DNA of 64,000 nucleotides from Escherichia coli (GTDB taxonomy: Bacteria; Pseudomonadota; Gammaproteobacteria; Enterobacterales; Enterobacteriaceae): the NCBI RefSeq assembly GCF_044324785.1, contig NZ_CP172127.1. One strand, written 5' to 3'. Every line of letters starts with the position of its first letter. The first letter of the stretch is position 1. The notes beneath the pieces were generated by a model. It saw only the letters and a list, made by a program, of their open reading frames with translations, was not told where the DNA came from and searched no databases. The translations under genes and the position numbers were made by a program. Positions 10,657 to 22,585 of the stretch are shown piece after piece.

Positions 10657-12969
10657 ATGCCTCGCCAGTTAACAAAACGCGGCTGCTGGATAATGCTGGC
10701 AGCTGCGCCCTTTCTCCTTTTTCTTGCAGCGTGGGGAGCTGATAAACTCTGGCCTCTACCGCTGCATGAAGTCAATCCCGCACGCGTGGTTGTGGCTCAG
10801 GATGGGACGCCGCTCTGGCGCTTTGCCGATGCGGACGGCATCTGGCGTTATCCGGTAACAATCGAAGATGTTTCTCCACGTTACCTTGAAGCGCTGATCA
10901 ATTATGAAGATCGCTGGTTCTGGAAGCATCCGGGGGTGAATCCATTCTCGGTGGCGCGCGCAGCATGGCAAGATCTCACTTCGGGAAGAGTTATTTCCGG
11001 TGGCAGCACGCTCACTATGCAGGTTGCTCGTCTGCTTGATCCTCACCCCAAAACATTTGGCGGCAAAATTCGCCAGCTCTGGCGCGCGTTGCAACTGGAG
11101 TGGCATCTGTCTAAGCGTGAAATTCTGACCTTGTATCTTGACCGCGCCCCGTTTGGCGGTACGTTACAGGGGATCGGTGCGGCAAGCTGGGCTTATCTCG
11201 GGAAGTCGCCTGCAAATTTGAGCTATTCCGAGGCGGCAATGCTGGCGGTTTTGCCGCAAGCGCCCAGCCGACTACGCCCGGATCGCTGGCCGGAACGTGC
11301 CGAAGCCGCGCGTAATAAAGTGCTCGAACGGATGGCTGCGCAAGGTGTGTGGTCCCGTGAGCAGGTAAAAGAATCAAGGGAAGAACCCATCTGGCTGGCA
11401 CCCCGACAAATGCCGCAACTGGCACCGCTGTTTTCGCGCATGATGCTCGGTAAAAGCAAAAGCGACAAAATCGTTACTACGCTGGATGCCGGTCTTCAAC
11501 GACGTCTGGAAGAACTGGCGCAAAACTGGAAAGGACGATTACCACCGCGCAGCTCACTGGCGATGATCGTGGTTGATCATACCGATATGCGTGTTCGCGG
11601 CTGGGTGGGTTCGGTTGATCTCAACGATGATTCACGCTTTGGTCATGTTGATATGGTCAATGCGATCCGATCGCCAGGATCGGTGCTCAAACCGTTTGTT
11701 TATGGTCTGGCGCTGGATGAAGGCTTGATCCACCCGGCATCACTGCTGCAAGACGTTCCCCGGCGTACCGGTGATTACCGACCTGGCAACTTTGACAGCG
11801 GTTTTCATGGCCCGATCAGCATGAGCGAGGCGCTGGTGCGCTCGCTGAATTTACCTGCTGTGCAGGTGCTGGAAGCCTATGGGCCGAAACGGTTTGCTGC
11901 AAAGTTACGCAATGTTGGATTGCCGTTATATTTGCCCAACGGTGCTGCACCGAATCTTTCGCTCATTCTCGGCGGCGCTGGTGCAAAACTGGGGGATATG
12001 GCGGCGGCCTATACCGCGTTTGCTCGCCACGGCAAGGCAGGTAAATTGCGCTTACAGCCTGACGATCCGCTGCTTGAACGGCCTTTAATGTCGTCGGGGG
12101 CGGCGTGGATCATTCGCCGGATTATGGCTGATGAAGCGCAACCCTTGCCGGATGGTGCCTTGCCGCGCGTTGCCCCACTGGCATGGAAAACGGGCACCAG
12201 CTATGGCTATCGTGATGCCTGGGCGATTGGGGTTAACGCTCGCTATGTTATTGGGATCTGGACTGGCAGACCGGACGGCACGCCCGTTGTTGGTCAGTTT
12301 GGCTTTGCCAGTGCCGTACCATTGTTGAATCAGGTCAATAATATCTTACTGTCGCGCAGTGCGAATCTGCCGGAAGACCCGCGCCCGAACTCAGTCACTC
12401 GTGGCGTTATCTGCTGGCCAGGCGGACAGTCTTTGCCGGAAGGTGACGGTAACTGTCGCCGCCGCCTGGCAACCTGGCTGCTGGACGGGAGTCAGCCGCC
12501 AACTCTATTACTGCCGGAGCAGGAAGGCATTAATGGCATTCGTTTCCCCATCTGGCTGGATGAAAACGGTAAACGTGTTGCCGCTGATTGCCCTCAGGCG
12601 CGACAAGAAATGATAAATGTCTGGCCGCTACCGCTGGAACCCTGGTTGCCCGCATCAGAACGCCGCGCTGTGCGCTTACCACCGGCCTCGACAATTTGCC
12701 CGCCATACGGTCACGATGCACAACTCCCACTGCAGCTGACAGGTGTTCGCGATGGCGCGATTATTAAACGTTTACCGGGCGCAGCGGAAGCGACTTTGCC
12801 GTTGCAATCAAGTGGAGGGGCAGGTGAACGCTGGTGGTTTCTGAATGGCGAACCGTTAACTGAACGCGGGCGCAACGTGACCCTGCATTTGATGGATAAA
12901 GGCGATTATCAATTGCTGGTGATGGATGAGGTGGGGCAAATCGCGACAGTGAAATTTGTCATGCAATAG
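10657..12969 (+). CDS. pbpC: Penicillin-binding protein 1C
   Basis: 770 aa, MPRQLTKRGCWIMLAAAPFLLFLAAWGADKLW; glycosyltransferase motif EDRWFWKHPGVN. ATG directly follows the yfhM TAA (taaatg). Confidence 0.95.
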   Translation: MPRQLTKRGCWIMLAAAPFLLFLAAWGADKLWPLPLHEVNPARVVVAQDGTPLWRFADADGIWRYPVTIEDVSPRYLEALINYEDRWFWKHPGVNPFSVARAAWQDLTSGRVISGGSTLTMQVARLLDPHPKTFGGKIRQLWRALQLEWHLSKREILTLYLDRAPFGGTLQGIGAASWAYLGKSPANLSYSEAAMLAVLPQAPSRLRPDRWPERAEAARNKVLERMAAQGVWSREQVKESREEPIWLAPRQMPQLAPLFSRMMLGKSKSDKIVTTLDAGLQRRLEELAQNWKGRLPPRSSLAMIVVDHTDMRVRGWVGSVDLNDDSRFGHVDMVNAIRSPGSVLKPFVYGLALDEGLIHPASLLQDVPRRTGDYRPGNFDSGFHGPISMSEALVRSLNLPAVQVLEAYGPKRFAAKLRNVGLPLYLPNGAAPNLSLILGGAGAKLGDMAAAYTAFARHGKAGKLRLQPDDPLLERPLMSSGAAWIIRRIMADEAQPLPDGALPRVAPLAWKTGTSYGYRDAWAIGVNARYVIGIWTGRPDGTPVVGQFGFASAVPLLNQVNNILLSRSANLPEDPRPNSVTRGVICWPGGQSLPEGDGNCRRRLATWLLDGSQPPTLLLPEQEGINGIRFPIWLDENGKRVAADCPQARQEMINVWPLPLEPWLPASERRAVRLPPASTICPPYGHDAQLPLQLTGVRDGAIIKRLPGAAEATLPLQSSGGAGERWWFLNGEPLTERGRNVTLHLMDKGDYQLLVMDEVGQIATVKFVMQ

Positions 12970-13117
12970 TCTATTTTGTCCCTGATTGTTGCTTAAACTG
13001 GGTTTATTTTAAAAAAATGTTACCTTCATCAATAGTCAACGGCTCTGTTGCTCATTATAATCCGCGCCATCTCGTACGCTGGTACAGACAACAACAGAAC
13101 AATTTACAGAGGTAAAA

Positions 13118-13549
13118 ATGGCTATTGAACGTACTTTTTCCATCATCAAACCGAACGCGGTAGCAAAAAACGTGATTGGTAGTATCTTTGCGCGCTTTGA
13201 AGCTGCAGGGTTCAAAATTGTCGGCACCAAAATGCTGCACCTGACCGTTGAACAGGCTCGTGGCTTTTATGCTGAACACGATGGAAAACCGTTCTTTGAT
13301 GGTCTGGTTGAATTCATGACTTCTGGCCCGATCGTGGTTTCCGTGCTGGAAGGTGAAAATGCTGTTCAGCGTCACCGCGATCTGCTGGGCGCGACCAATC
13401 CGGCAAACGCACTGGCCGGTACTCTGCGTGCTGATTACGCTGACAGCCTGACCGAAAATGGTACCCACGGTTCTGATTCCGTCGAATCTGCCGCTCGCGA
13501 AATCGCTTATTTCTTCGGCGAAGGCGAAGTGTGCCCGCGCACCCGTTAA
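13118..13549 (+). CDS. ndk: Nucleoside diphosphate kinase
   Basis: 143 aa, [21 protein letters not shown]...; active-site NGTHGSDS. Confidence 0.97.
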
Positions 13550-13698
13550 TAATTTCGTAAATGCCGCGTGCAAACGTGGCATCCGTGCGCCAGAATTTGT
13601 ACAATGCAGCGCCCCCGGACGAGCAGCCGCTCACCGGGGCGTTTCTTTTTTCAACCCTCCAGGGGCCATAACGTGTAATAACGAGGCCGGAATAGCAT

Positions 13699-14853
13699 AT
13701 GTCTGAACAATTAGTCACACCTGAAAACGTCACCACGAAAGATGGAAAAATCAACCTGCTGGATCTCAACCGTCAGCAGATGCGGGAGTTTTTTAAAGAT
13801 TTAGGTGAAAAACCCTTCCGCGCCGATCAGGTGATGAAGTGGATGTATCACTATTGCTGCGACAACTTTGATGAGATGACCGACATCAACAAAGTGTTGC
13901 GCGGCAAGCTGAAAGAGGTGGCGGAAATCCGTGCACCGGAAGTGGTTGAAGAACAGCGTTCATCTGACGGCACCATTAAATGGGCGATCGCCGTTGGCGA
14001 TCAGCGCGTTGAAACGGTGTATATCCCGGAAGACGACCGTGCCACGCTCTGCGTCTCTTCGCAGGTGGGGTGTGCGCTGGAGTGTAAATTCTGTTCCACC
14101 GCCCAGCAGGGCTTTAACCGCAACCTGCGGGTATCGGAAATTATCGGCCAGGTGTGGCGTGCAGCGAAAATCGTCGGCGCAGCAAAAGTCACCGGTCAGC
14201 GTCCAATCACTAACGTAGTGATGATGGGCATGGGCGAGCCGCTGCTCAACCTGAACAACGTCGTTCCGGCGATGGAAATCATGCTTGATGATTTCGGTTT
14301 TGGCCTGTCAAAACGTCGCGTCACGCTTTCCACTTCCGGTGTGGTTCCGGCGCTGGATAAACTGGGCGATATGATCGACGTTGCGCTGGCTATCTCCCTG
14401 CACGCGCCGAACGACGAAATTCGTGACGAAATTGTGCCGATCAACAAAAAGTACAATATCGAAACGTTCCTTGCGGCGGTGCGCCGTTATCTGGAGAAAT
14501 CCAACGCCAATCAGGGCCGAGTCACTATTGAATACGTGATGCTTGACCACGTTAACGACGGCACTGAACACGCGCACCAACTGGCGGAGCTACTGAAAGA
14601 TACGCCGTGTAAGATCAACCTGATCCCGTGGAACCCGTTCCCTGGCGCGCCGTATGGACGCAGTTCGAACAGCCGTATCGACCGTTTCTCAAAAGTGCTG
14701 ATGAGCTACGGTTTCACCACTATTGTGCGTAAAACTCGTGGTGATGATATCGATGCTGCCTGTGGTCAGTTGGCGGGCGATGTTATCGACCGTACGAAAC
14801 GTACCCTGCGTAAACGGATGCAGGGTGAAGCCATCGATATTAAAGCGGTCTGA
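13699..14853 (+). CDS. rlmN: Radical-SAM 23S rRNA/tRNA A-C2 methyltransferase
   Basis: 384 aa; CxxxCxxC motif ([10 protein letters not shown]); N-terminus [23 protein letters not shown]. Confidence 0.96.
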
Positions 14854-14858
14854 TAGCC

Positions 14859-14900
14859 ATTACGCCACGGTTACTTTATGTACCGTGGCGTAATCTTTTA
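14859..14900 (+). terminator. Intrinsic terminator after rlmN
   Basis: 13-bp perfect stem attacgccacggt / accgtggcgtaat followed by ctttta. Confidence 0.65.
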
Positions 14901-15137
14901 TGAATGAAGTATTAAGTTGCAATTGTCTGGTCAATATTAACGGTGCGTTTTTGCTGACTTTAAGGCAGTATGTAACGATGCAACAGTAAGTTAGCCTTAG
15001 TGAATGTGGGCTTTGTCACGAGCACACAGACGGTCTTATACTGTATGATAACGGTTAACTTAACGGATGTTTCGCGGTGTGGGTGAGCATGATGGTTCAC
15101 CGGCATCTCAATTCTCATTTAAACGTACCTGCAGCGA

Positions 15138-16151
15138 ATGAATACTGAAGCCACGCACGACCAAAATGAAGCACTTACTACCGGCGCTCGCCTGCGTAAT
15201 GCTCGCGAACAACTAGGACTTAGTCAGCAGGCCGTTGCCGAGCGACTTTGCCTGAAGGTTTCCACGGTACGCGACATTGAAGAAGATAAGGCACCCGCCG
15301 ATCTTGCTTCAACATTCCTGCGCGGATATATCCGCTCTTATGCGCGTCTGGTACATATTCCAGAAGAAGAACTGCTGCCAGGGCTGGAAAAGCAGGCTCC
15401 ACTGCGGGCTGCAAAAGTTGCGCCGATGCAGAGTTTTTCCCTTGGTAAACGCCGCAAAAAACGTGACGGCTGGCTGATGACCTTCACCTGGCTGGTGTTG
15501 TTTGTGGTTATTGGTCTGAGCGGTGCCTGGTGGTGGCAAGACCACAAGGCTCAGCAGGAAGAGATCACCACTATGGCCGATCAATCTTCGGCAGAACTGA
15601 GCAGTAATAGCGAGCAGGGGCAGAGTGTTCCGTTAAATACGTCGACAACTACAGACCCGGCTGCAACGTCCACGCCGCCAGCGTCTGTGGATACTACCGC
15701 AACCAACACGCAAACACCTGCCGTAACTGCGCCAGCACCAGCTGTTGATCCGCAACAGAATGCGGTTGTTTCGCCTTCGCAGGCAAATGTTGATACCGCC
15801 GCGACCCCGGCACCAACGGCAACAACAACGCCAGATGGTGCTGCGCCGTTGCCAACCGATCAGGCTGGCGTGACCACGCCGGTGGCTGATCCGAATGCGC
15901 TGGTGATGAACTTTACTGCCGATTGTTGGCTGGAGGTCACTGATGCTACCGGTAAAAAACTGTTTAGCGGTATGCAGCGTAAAGACGGTAATTTGAACTT
16001 AACCGGCCAGGCACCGTACAAACTGAAAATTGGTGCGCCAGCCGCAGTACAGATCCAGTATCAAGGGAAACCTGTCGATCTGAGTCGTTTTATCAGAACT
16101 AACCAGGTTGCGCGTCTGACCCTCAATGCCGAACAATCACCGGCGCAGTAA
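15138..16151 (+). CDS. rodZ: Cytoskeleton protein RodZ
   Basis: 337 aa; N-terminal HTH ([22 protein letters not shown]), TM segment, Pro/Thr-rich linker; synteny rlmN-rodZ-ispG. Confidence 0.95.
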   Translation: MNTEATHDQNEALTTGARLRNAREQLGLSQQAVAERLCLKVSTVRDIEEDKAPADLASTFLRGYIRSYARLVHIPEEELLPGLEKQAPLRAAKVAPMQSFSLGKRRKKRDGWLMTFTWLVLFVVIGLSGAWWWQDHKAQQEEITTMADQSSAELSSNSEQGQSVPLNTSTTTDPAATSTPPASVDTTATNTQTPAVTAPAPAVDPQQNAVVSPSQANVDTAATPAPTATTTPDGAAPLPTDQAGVTTPVADPNALVMNFTADCWLEVTDATGKKLFSGMQRKDGNLNLTGQAPYKLKIGAPAAVQIQYQGKPVDLSRFIRTNQVARLTLNAEQSPAQ

Positions 16152-16177
16152 CAGACGGGTAACGCGGGAGATTTTTC

Positions 16178-17296
16178 ATGCATAACCAGGCTCCAATTCA
16201 ACGTAGAAAATCAACACGTATTTACGTTGGGAATGTGCCGATTGGCGATGGTGCTCCCATCGCCGTACAGTCCATGACCAATACGCGTACGACAGACGTC
16301 GAAGCAACGGTCAATCAAATCAAGGCGCTGGAACGCGTTGGCGCTGATATCGTCCGTGTCTCCGTACCGACGATGGACGCGGCAGAAGCGTTCAAACTCA
16401 TCAAACAGCAGGTTAACGTGCCGCTGGTGGCTGACATCCACTTCGACTATCGCATTGCGCTGAAAGTAGCGGAATACGGCGTCGATTGTCTGCGTATTAA
16501 CCCTGGCAATATCGGTAATGAAGAGCGTATTCGCATGGTGGTTGACTGTGCGCGCGATAAAAACATTCCGATCCGTATTGGCGTTAACGCCGGATCGCTG
16601 GAAAAAGATCTGCAAGAAAAGTATGGCGAACCGACGCCGCAGGCGTTGCTGGAATCCGCCATGCGTCATGTTGATCATCTCGATCGCCTGAACTTCGATC
16701 AGTTCAAAGTCAGCGTGAAAGCGTCAGACGTCTTCCTCGCTGTTGAGTCTTATCGTTTGCTGGCAAAACAGATCGATCAGCCGCTGCATCTGGGGATCAC
16801 CGAAGCGGGTGGTGCGCGCAGCGGGGCGGTTAAATCCGCCATTGGTTTAGGTCTGCTGCTGTCTGAAGGCATCGGCGACACGCTGCGCGTATCGCTGGCG
16901 GCCGATCCGGTTGAAGAGATCAAAGTCGGTTTCGATATTTTGAAATCGCTGCGTATCCGTTCGCGAGGGATCAACTTCATCGCCTGCCCGACCTGTTCGC
17001 GTCAGGAATTTGATGTTATCGGTACGGTTAACGCGCTGGAGCAACGCCTGGAAGATATCATCACTCCGATGGACGTTTCGATTATCGGCTGCGTGGTGAA
17101 TGGCCCAGGTGAGGCGCTGGTTTCTACACTCGGCGTCACCGGCGGCAACAAGAAAAGCGGCCTCTATGAAGATGGCGTGCGCAAAGACCGTCTGGACAAC
17201 AACGATATGATCGACCAGCTGGAAGCACGCATTCGTGCGAAAGCCAGTCAGCTGGACGAAGCGCGTCGAATTGACGTTCAGCAGGTTGAAAAATAA
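16178..17296 (+). CDS. ispG: HMBPP synthase
   Basis: 372 aa, [36 protein letters not shown]. Confidence 0.97.
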
Positions 17297-17305
17297 TAAC
17301 GTGAT

Positions 17306-17324
17306 GGGAAGCGCCTCGCTTCCC
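17306..17324 (+). other. Stem-loop in ispG-hisS spacer (region where sRNA SroE is described in K-12)
   Basis: gggaagcg-cct-cgcttccc, 8-bp stem, no T-run. The SroE assignment is from memory of the locus only. Confidence 0.35.
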
Positions 17325-17406
17325 GTGTATGATTGAACCCGCATGGCTCCCGAAACATTGAGGGAAGCGTTGAGGGTTCATTTTTATATTCAGAAAGAGA
17401 ATAAAC

Positions 17407-18681
17407 GTGGCAAAAAACATTCAAGCCATTCGCGGCATGAACGATTACCTGCCTGGCGAAACGGCCATCTGGCAGCGCATTGAAGGCACACTGAAAAACG
17501 TGCTCGGCAGCTACGGTTACAGTGAAATCCGCTTGCCGATTGTAGAGCAGACCCCGCTATTCAAACGTGCGATTGGTGAAGTCACCGACGTGGTTGAAAA
17601 AGAGATGTACACCTTTGAGGATCGCAATGGCGACAGCCTTACTCTGCGCCCTGAAGGGACGGCGGGCTGTGTACGCGCCGGCATCGAGCATGGTCTTCTG
17701 TACAATCAGGAACAGCGTCTGTGGTATATCGGGCCGATGTTCCGTCACGAGCGTCCGCAGAAAGGGCGTTATCGTCAGTTCCATCAGTTGGGCTGCGAAG
17801 TTTTCGGTCTGCAAGGTCCGGATATCGACGCTGAACTGATTATGCTCACTGCCCGCTGGTGGCGCGCGCTGGGTATTTCCGAGCACGTAACTCTTGAGCT
17901 GAACTCTATCGGTTCGCTGGAAGCACGCGCCAATTACCGCGATGCGCTGGTGGCATTCCTTGAGCAGCATAAAGAAAAGCTGGACGAAGACTGCAAACGC
18001 CGCATGTACACTAACCCGCTGCGCGTGCTGGATTCAAAAAATCCAGAAGTGCAGGCGCTTCTCAACGACGCTCCGGCATTAGGCGATTATCTGGACGAGG
18101 AATCTCGTGAGCATTTTGCCGGTCTGTGCAAACTGCTTGAGAGCGCGGGGATCGCTTACACCGTAAACCAGCGTCTGGTGCGTGGTCTGGATTACTATAA
18201 CCGTACCGTTTTCGAGTGGGTGACTAACAGCCTCGGTTCCCAGGGCACCGTGTGTGCAGGCGGTCGTTATGACGGTCTGGTGGAACAACTGGGTGGTCGT
18301 GCAACACCGGCAGTCGGTTTTGCGATGGGCCTCGAACGTCTTGTATTGTTAGTACAGGCCGTTAATCCGGAATTTAAAGCCGATCCTGTTGTCGATATAT
18401 ACCTGGTGGCTTCAGGTGCTGATACACAATCTGCGGCTATGGCATTAGCTGAGCGTCTGCGTGATGAATTACCGGGCGTGAAACTGATGACCAACCACGG
18501 CGGCGGCAACTTTAAGAAACAGTTTGCCCGTGCTGATAAATGGGGTGCCCGCGTTGCTGTGGTGCTGGGTGAGTCTGAAGTGGCTAACGGCACAGCAGTA
18601 GTGAAGGATTTGCGCTCTGGTGAGCAAACGGCAGTTGCGCAGGATAGCGTAGCCGCGCATTTGCGCACGTTACTGGGTTAA
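17407..18681 (+). CDS. hisS: Histidyl-tRNA synthetase
   Basis: 424 aa, GTG start, [26 protein letters not shown]. Confidence 0.97.
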
Positions 18682-18698
18682 GGAAGGAGAAGGACAGC

Positions 18699-19319
18699 GT
18701 GGAAATTTACGAGAACGAAAACGACCAGGTAGAAGCGGTTAAACGCTTTTTTGCTGAAAATGGCAAAGCACTGGCTGTTGGGGTGATTTTGGGCGTTGGC
18801 GCACTGATTGGCTGGCGCTACTGGAACAGCCATCAGGTTGATTCTGCACGCTCCGCTTCTCTTGCCTATCAAAATGCGGTTACCGCAGTGAGCGAAGGCA
18901 AACCGGATAGCATCCCGGCGGCGGAAAAATTTGCTGCTGAAAATAAAAATACTTATGGTGCGCTGGCTTCTTTGGAACTTGCGCAGCAATTTGTTGACAA
19001 AAATGAACTAGAGAAAGCTGCCGCCCAGTTACAACAGGGGCTGGCAGACACGAGCGATGAAAATCTCAAAGCCGTGATAAATCTGCGTCTTGCTCGCGTT
19101 CAGGTACAGCTCAAGCAGGCTGATGCCGCGCTGAAAACCCTTGATACCATCAAAGGTGAAGGGTGGGCTGCCATTGTTGCCGACCTGCGTGGTGAAGCAT
19201 TGCTGAGCAAAGGTGATAAGCAAGGTGCGCGTAGTGCATGGGAAGCAGGCGTGAAAAGCGATGTTACTCCGGCACTGAGCGAAATGATGCAGATGAAAAT
19301 TAATAATTTGTCCATCTGA
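18699..19319 (+). CDS. yfgM: YfgM, TPR-like membrane-anchored chaperone
   Basis: 206 aa, GTG start, MEIYENENDQVEAVKRFFAENGKA; synteny hisS-yfgM-bamB. Confidence 0.93.
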   Translation: MEIYENENDQVEAVKRFFAENGKALAVGVILGVGALIGWRYWNSHQVDSARSASLAYQNAVTAVSEGKPDSIPAAEKFAAENKNTYGALASLELAQQFVDKNELEKAAAQLQQGLADTSDENLKAVINLRLARVQVQLKQADAALKTLDTIKGEGWAAIVADLRGEALLSKGDKQGARSAWEAGVKSDVTPALSEMMQMKINNLSI

Positions 19320-19329
19320 GAGGGACCCG

Positions 19330-20508
19330 ATGCAATTGCGTAAATTACTGCTGCCAGGACTGCTTTCCGTTACCCTTTTAAGCGGCTGTTCGCTGTTTAA
19401 CAGCGAAGAAGATGTGGTAAAGATGTCCCCATTGCCAACCGTTGAAAACCAGTTTACGCCGACCACGGCGTGGAGCACTTCCGTTGGTAGCGGCATTGGC
19501 AACTTCTATTCCAATCTTCATCCGGCACTGGCGGACAACGTTGTCTATGCAGCGGACCGCGCTGGTTTAGTAAAAGCGCTGAATGCGGATGATGGCAAAG
19601 AAATCTGGTCTGTCAGCCTGGCCGAGAAAGATGGCTGGTTCTCTAAAGAGCCTGCATTACTTTCTGGCGGTGTGACCGTGTCTGGTGGGCATGTCTACAT
19701 TGGCAGCGAAAAGGCGCAGGTTTACGCGCTGAATACCAGCGATGGTACTGTGGCATGGCAAACTAAAGTCGCGGGTGAAGCACTTTCGCGCCCGGTGGTC
19801 AGCGACGGTCTGGTGTTAATCCACACCAGTAACGGTCAGTTACAAGCGCTGAACGAAGTTGACGGCGCTGTCAAATGGACAGTTAACCTCGATATGCCTT
19901 CGCTCTCTTTGCGTGGCGAGTCTGCGCCGGCAACGGCTTTTGGTGCGGCCGTCGTGGGGGGCGATAATGGTCGCGTCAGCGCAGTGCTGATGGAACAGGG
20001 CCAGATGATTTGGCAGCAGCGTATTTCCCAGGCGACCGGTTCTACCGAAATTGACCGTCTGAGCGATGTTGACACGACTCCCGTCGTTGTTAACGGCGTT
20101 GTTTTCGCGCTGGCCTATAATGGTAACCTGACGGCGCTTGATCTGCGCAGTGGTCAGATTATGTGGAAACGCGAACTGGGTTCGGTGAATGATTTCATCG
20201 TCGATGGCAATCGCATCTATCTGGTCGATCAAAATGACCGGGTGATGGCGTTGACCATTGATGGCGGCGTTACGCTGTGGACACAAAGCGATCTGCTGCA
20301 TCGCCTGCTGACTTCTCCGGTGCTGTATAATGGCAACCTGGTGGTAGGTGACAGCGAAGGTTATCTGCACTGGATTAACGTCGAAGATGGTCGTTTCGTT
20401 GCCCAGCAAAAAGTTGATAGTTCCGGTTTCCAGACTGAACCGGTTGCCGCTGACGGCAAACTGCTGATCCAGGCAAAAGACGGAACCGTGTACTCTATTA
20501 CACGTTAA
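19330..20508 (+). CDS. bamB: BAM complex lipoprotein BamB
   Basis: 392 aa; lipobox LLSGC; beta-propeller (PQQ-like) repeats. Confidence 0.96.
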   Translation: MQLRKLLLPGLLSVTLLSGCSLFNSEEDVVKMSPLPTVENQFTPTTAWSTSVGSGIGNFYSNLHPALADNVVYAADRAGLVKALNADDGKEIWSVSLAEKDGWFSKEPALLSGGVTVSGGHVYIGSEKAQVYALNTSDGTVAWQTKVAGEALSRPVVSDGLVLIHTSNGQLQALNEVDGAVKWTVNLDMPSLSLRGESAPATAFGAAVVGGDNGRVSAVLMEQGQMIWQQRISQATGSTEIDRLSDVDTTPVVVNGVVFALAYNGNLTALDLRSGQIMWKRELGSVNDFIVDGNRIYLVDQNDRVMALTIDGGVTLWTQSDLLHRLLTSPVLYNGNLVVGDSEGYLHWINVEDGRFVAQQKVDSSGFQTEPVAADGKLLIQAKDGTVYSITR

Positions 20509-20625
20509 TCGTCTCTGTCGTTCACTTTGAAAACGGCTCCTGGACAGGGGCCGTTTTCCTGTTTTTAACAACGACACGAATATAGCGTGCGTTGTCTGAT
20601 GATTTATAAAAATGAGGCTTTAAAC

Positions 20626-22098
20626 ATGGTACCTGTGGTCGCGCTTGTCGGGCGCCCTAACGTAGGAAAATCCACGTTATTTAACCGTCTAACTCGCACC
20701 CGAGATGCGCTGGTTGCGGATTTCCCGGGTCTGACTCGTGACCGTAAGTACGGTCGTGCAGAAATTGAAGGCCGTGAGTTTATCTGCATTGATACCGGCG
20801 GGATTGATGGTACAGAAGACGGTGTAGAAACCCGTATGGCGGAACAGTCGCTGCTGGCGATTGAAGAAGCGGACGTCGTACTGTTTATGGTGGATGCGCG
20901 CGCGGGCCTGATGCCGGCGGATGAAGCGATTGCCAAACATCTGCGCTCCCGTGAAAAACCGACCTTCCTGGTGGCAAACAAAACTGACGGTCTGGATCCC
21001 GATCAGGCAGTGGTTGATTTCTACTCGCTTGGTTTAGGGGAAATCTACCCGATCGCCGCGTCTCACGGTCGTGGCGTATTAAGTCTGCTGGAGCATGTGC
21101 TGCTGCCGTGGATGGAAGATCTCGCACCGCAAGAGGAAGTCGACGAAGACGCTGAATACTGGGCGCAATTTGAAGCAGAAGAAAACGGCGAAGAAGAAGA
21201 GGAAGATGACTTCGACCCGCAAAGTCTGCCAATCAAACTGGCGATTGTGGGTCGTCCGAACGTAGGTAAGTCTACACTCACGAACCGTATTCTTGGTGAA
21301 GAGCGCGTTGTTGTTTACGACATGCCTGGCACGACGCGTGACAGCATCTACATTCCAATGGAACGCGACGGACGTGAGTATGTACTCATTGACACCGCTG
21401 GCGTACGTAAACGCGGCAAAATCACCGATGCTGTAGAGAAGTTCTCGGTAATCAAAACGTTGCAGGCCATTGAAGATGCCAACGTGGTGATGTTGGTGAT
21501 TGATGCGCGCGAAGGTATTTCCGATCAGGATCTCTCCCTGCTGGGCTTTATTCTCAATAGTGGGCGCTCACTTGTCATTGTGGTGAATAAGTGGGATGGC
21601 CTGAGCCAGGAAGTGAAAGAGCAGGTGAAAGAAACGCTGGACTTCCGTCTGGGCTTTATCGATTTTGCTCGTGTGCACTTTATCTCTGCCTTGCACGGCA
21701 GTGGTGTTGGTAATCTGTTTGAATCAGTACGTGAAGCGTATGACAGCTCCACCCGTCGTGTGGGGACCTCTATGCTGACGCGCATCATGACGATGGCTGT
21801 TGAAGATCACCAGCCGCCGCTGGTACGTGGTCGTCGTGTGAAGCTGAAATATGCCCACGCTGGTGGTTATAACCCGCCGATTGTGGTGATTCACGGTAAC
21901 CAGGTGAAAGACCTGCCGGATTCCTACAAGCGTTACTTGATGAACTACTTCCGCAAATCGCTGGACGTAATGGGATCGCCGATTCGTATTCAGTTCAAAG
22001 AAGGGGAAAACCCGTATGCGAACAAGCGTAACACCCTGACGCCAACCCAGATGCGTAAACGTAAGCGCCTGATGAAGCATATCAAGAAAAGTAAGTAA
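20626..22098 (+). CDS. der: Ribosome-associated GTPase Der (EngA)
   Basis: Start at ATG 20626 ([20 protein letters not shown]); two GxxxxGKS G-domains; basic C-terminal tail. Confidence 0.95.
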   Translation: MVPVVALVGRPNVGKSTLFNRLTRTRDALVADFPGLTRDRKYGRAEIEGREFICIDTGGIDGTEDGVETRMAEQSLLAIEEADVVLFMVDARAGLMPADEAIAKHLRSREKPTFLVANKTDGLDPDQAVVDFYSLGLGEIYPIAASHGRGVLSLLEHVLLPWMEDLAPQEEVDEDAEYWAQFEAEENGEEEEEDDFDPQSLPIKLAIVGRPNVGKSTLTNRILGEERVVVYDMPGTTRDSIYIPMERDGREYVLIDTAGVRKRGKITDAVEKFSVIKTLQAIEDANVVMLVIDAREGISDQDLSLLGFILNSGRSLVIVVNKWDGLSQEVKEQVKETLDFRLGFIDFARVHFISALHGSGVGNLFESVREAYDSSTRRVGTSMLTRIMTMAVEDHQPPLVRGRRVKLKYAHAGGYNPPIVVIHGNQVKDLPDSYKRYLMNYFRKSLDVMGSPIRIQFKEGENPYANKRNTLTPTQMRKRKRLMKHIKKSK

Positions 22099-22109
22099 TC
22101 ACTTATCTG

Positions 22110-22139
22110 GTTTCCCTTTCCACACGGAGAGGGAAACCG
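22110..22139 (+). terminator. Stem-loop after der
   Basis: ggtttccct-N12-agggaaacc inverted repeat just after the der stop. Confidence 0.5.
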
Positions 22140-22160
22140 AATAACACGCGAGGAGTATTT

Positions 22161-22376
22161 ATGGCACTCAACTGTCCAACCTGCAAAATCCCTCTCGAAC
22201 GCAATGGCGAGACTGCCCACTGTGCAACTTGCGACAAAGACTTTACCGTCCAGGCACTTTGCCCTGAGTGTCATCAGCCGTTACAAGTGTTAAAAGCTTG
22301 TGGTGCTGTGGATTATTTCTGCCAACATGGGCACGGTTTAATATCTAAAAAACGCGTTGAATTTGTTATTGCTTAA
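22161..22376 (+). CDS. yfgJ: YfgJ zinc-ribbon protein
   Basis: 71 aa with CPTC...CATC and CPEC...CQHGH pairs; position after der. Confidence 0.85.
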   Translation: MALNCPTCKIPLERNGETAHCATCDKDFTVQALCPECHQPLQVLKACGAVDYFCQHGHGLISKKRVEFVIA

Positions 22377-22585
22377 TATCATGTGAATATATTGTTTTAT
22401 CATTTATATTTAATATGTGAATGGTAAAACAATCTGTTATTAGTGGAATAACTAATGTAATTGAGTGAAATCACTAATTTAAATAATTAAGAATATATTT
22501 ATTCTTTATGACATGCCTTTCTGAATAATCAGGGATACAATATTAAAGCTTATTTTTGACTGTATCATTGTCACAGGGAAAGTGC

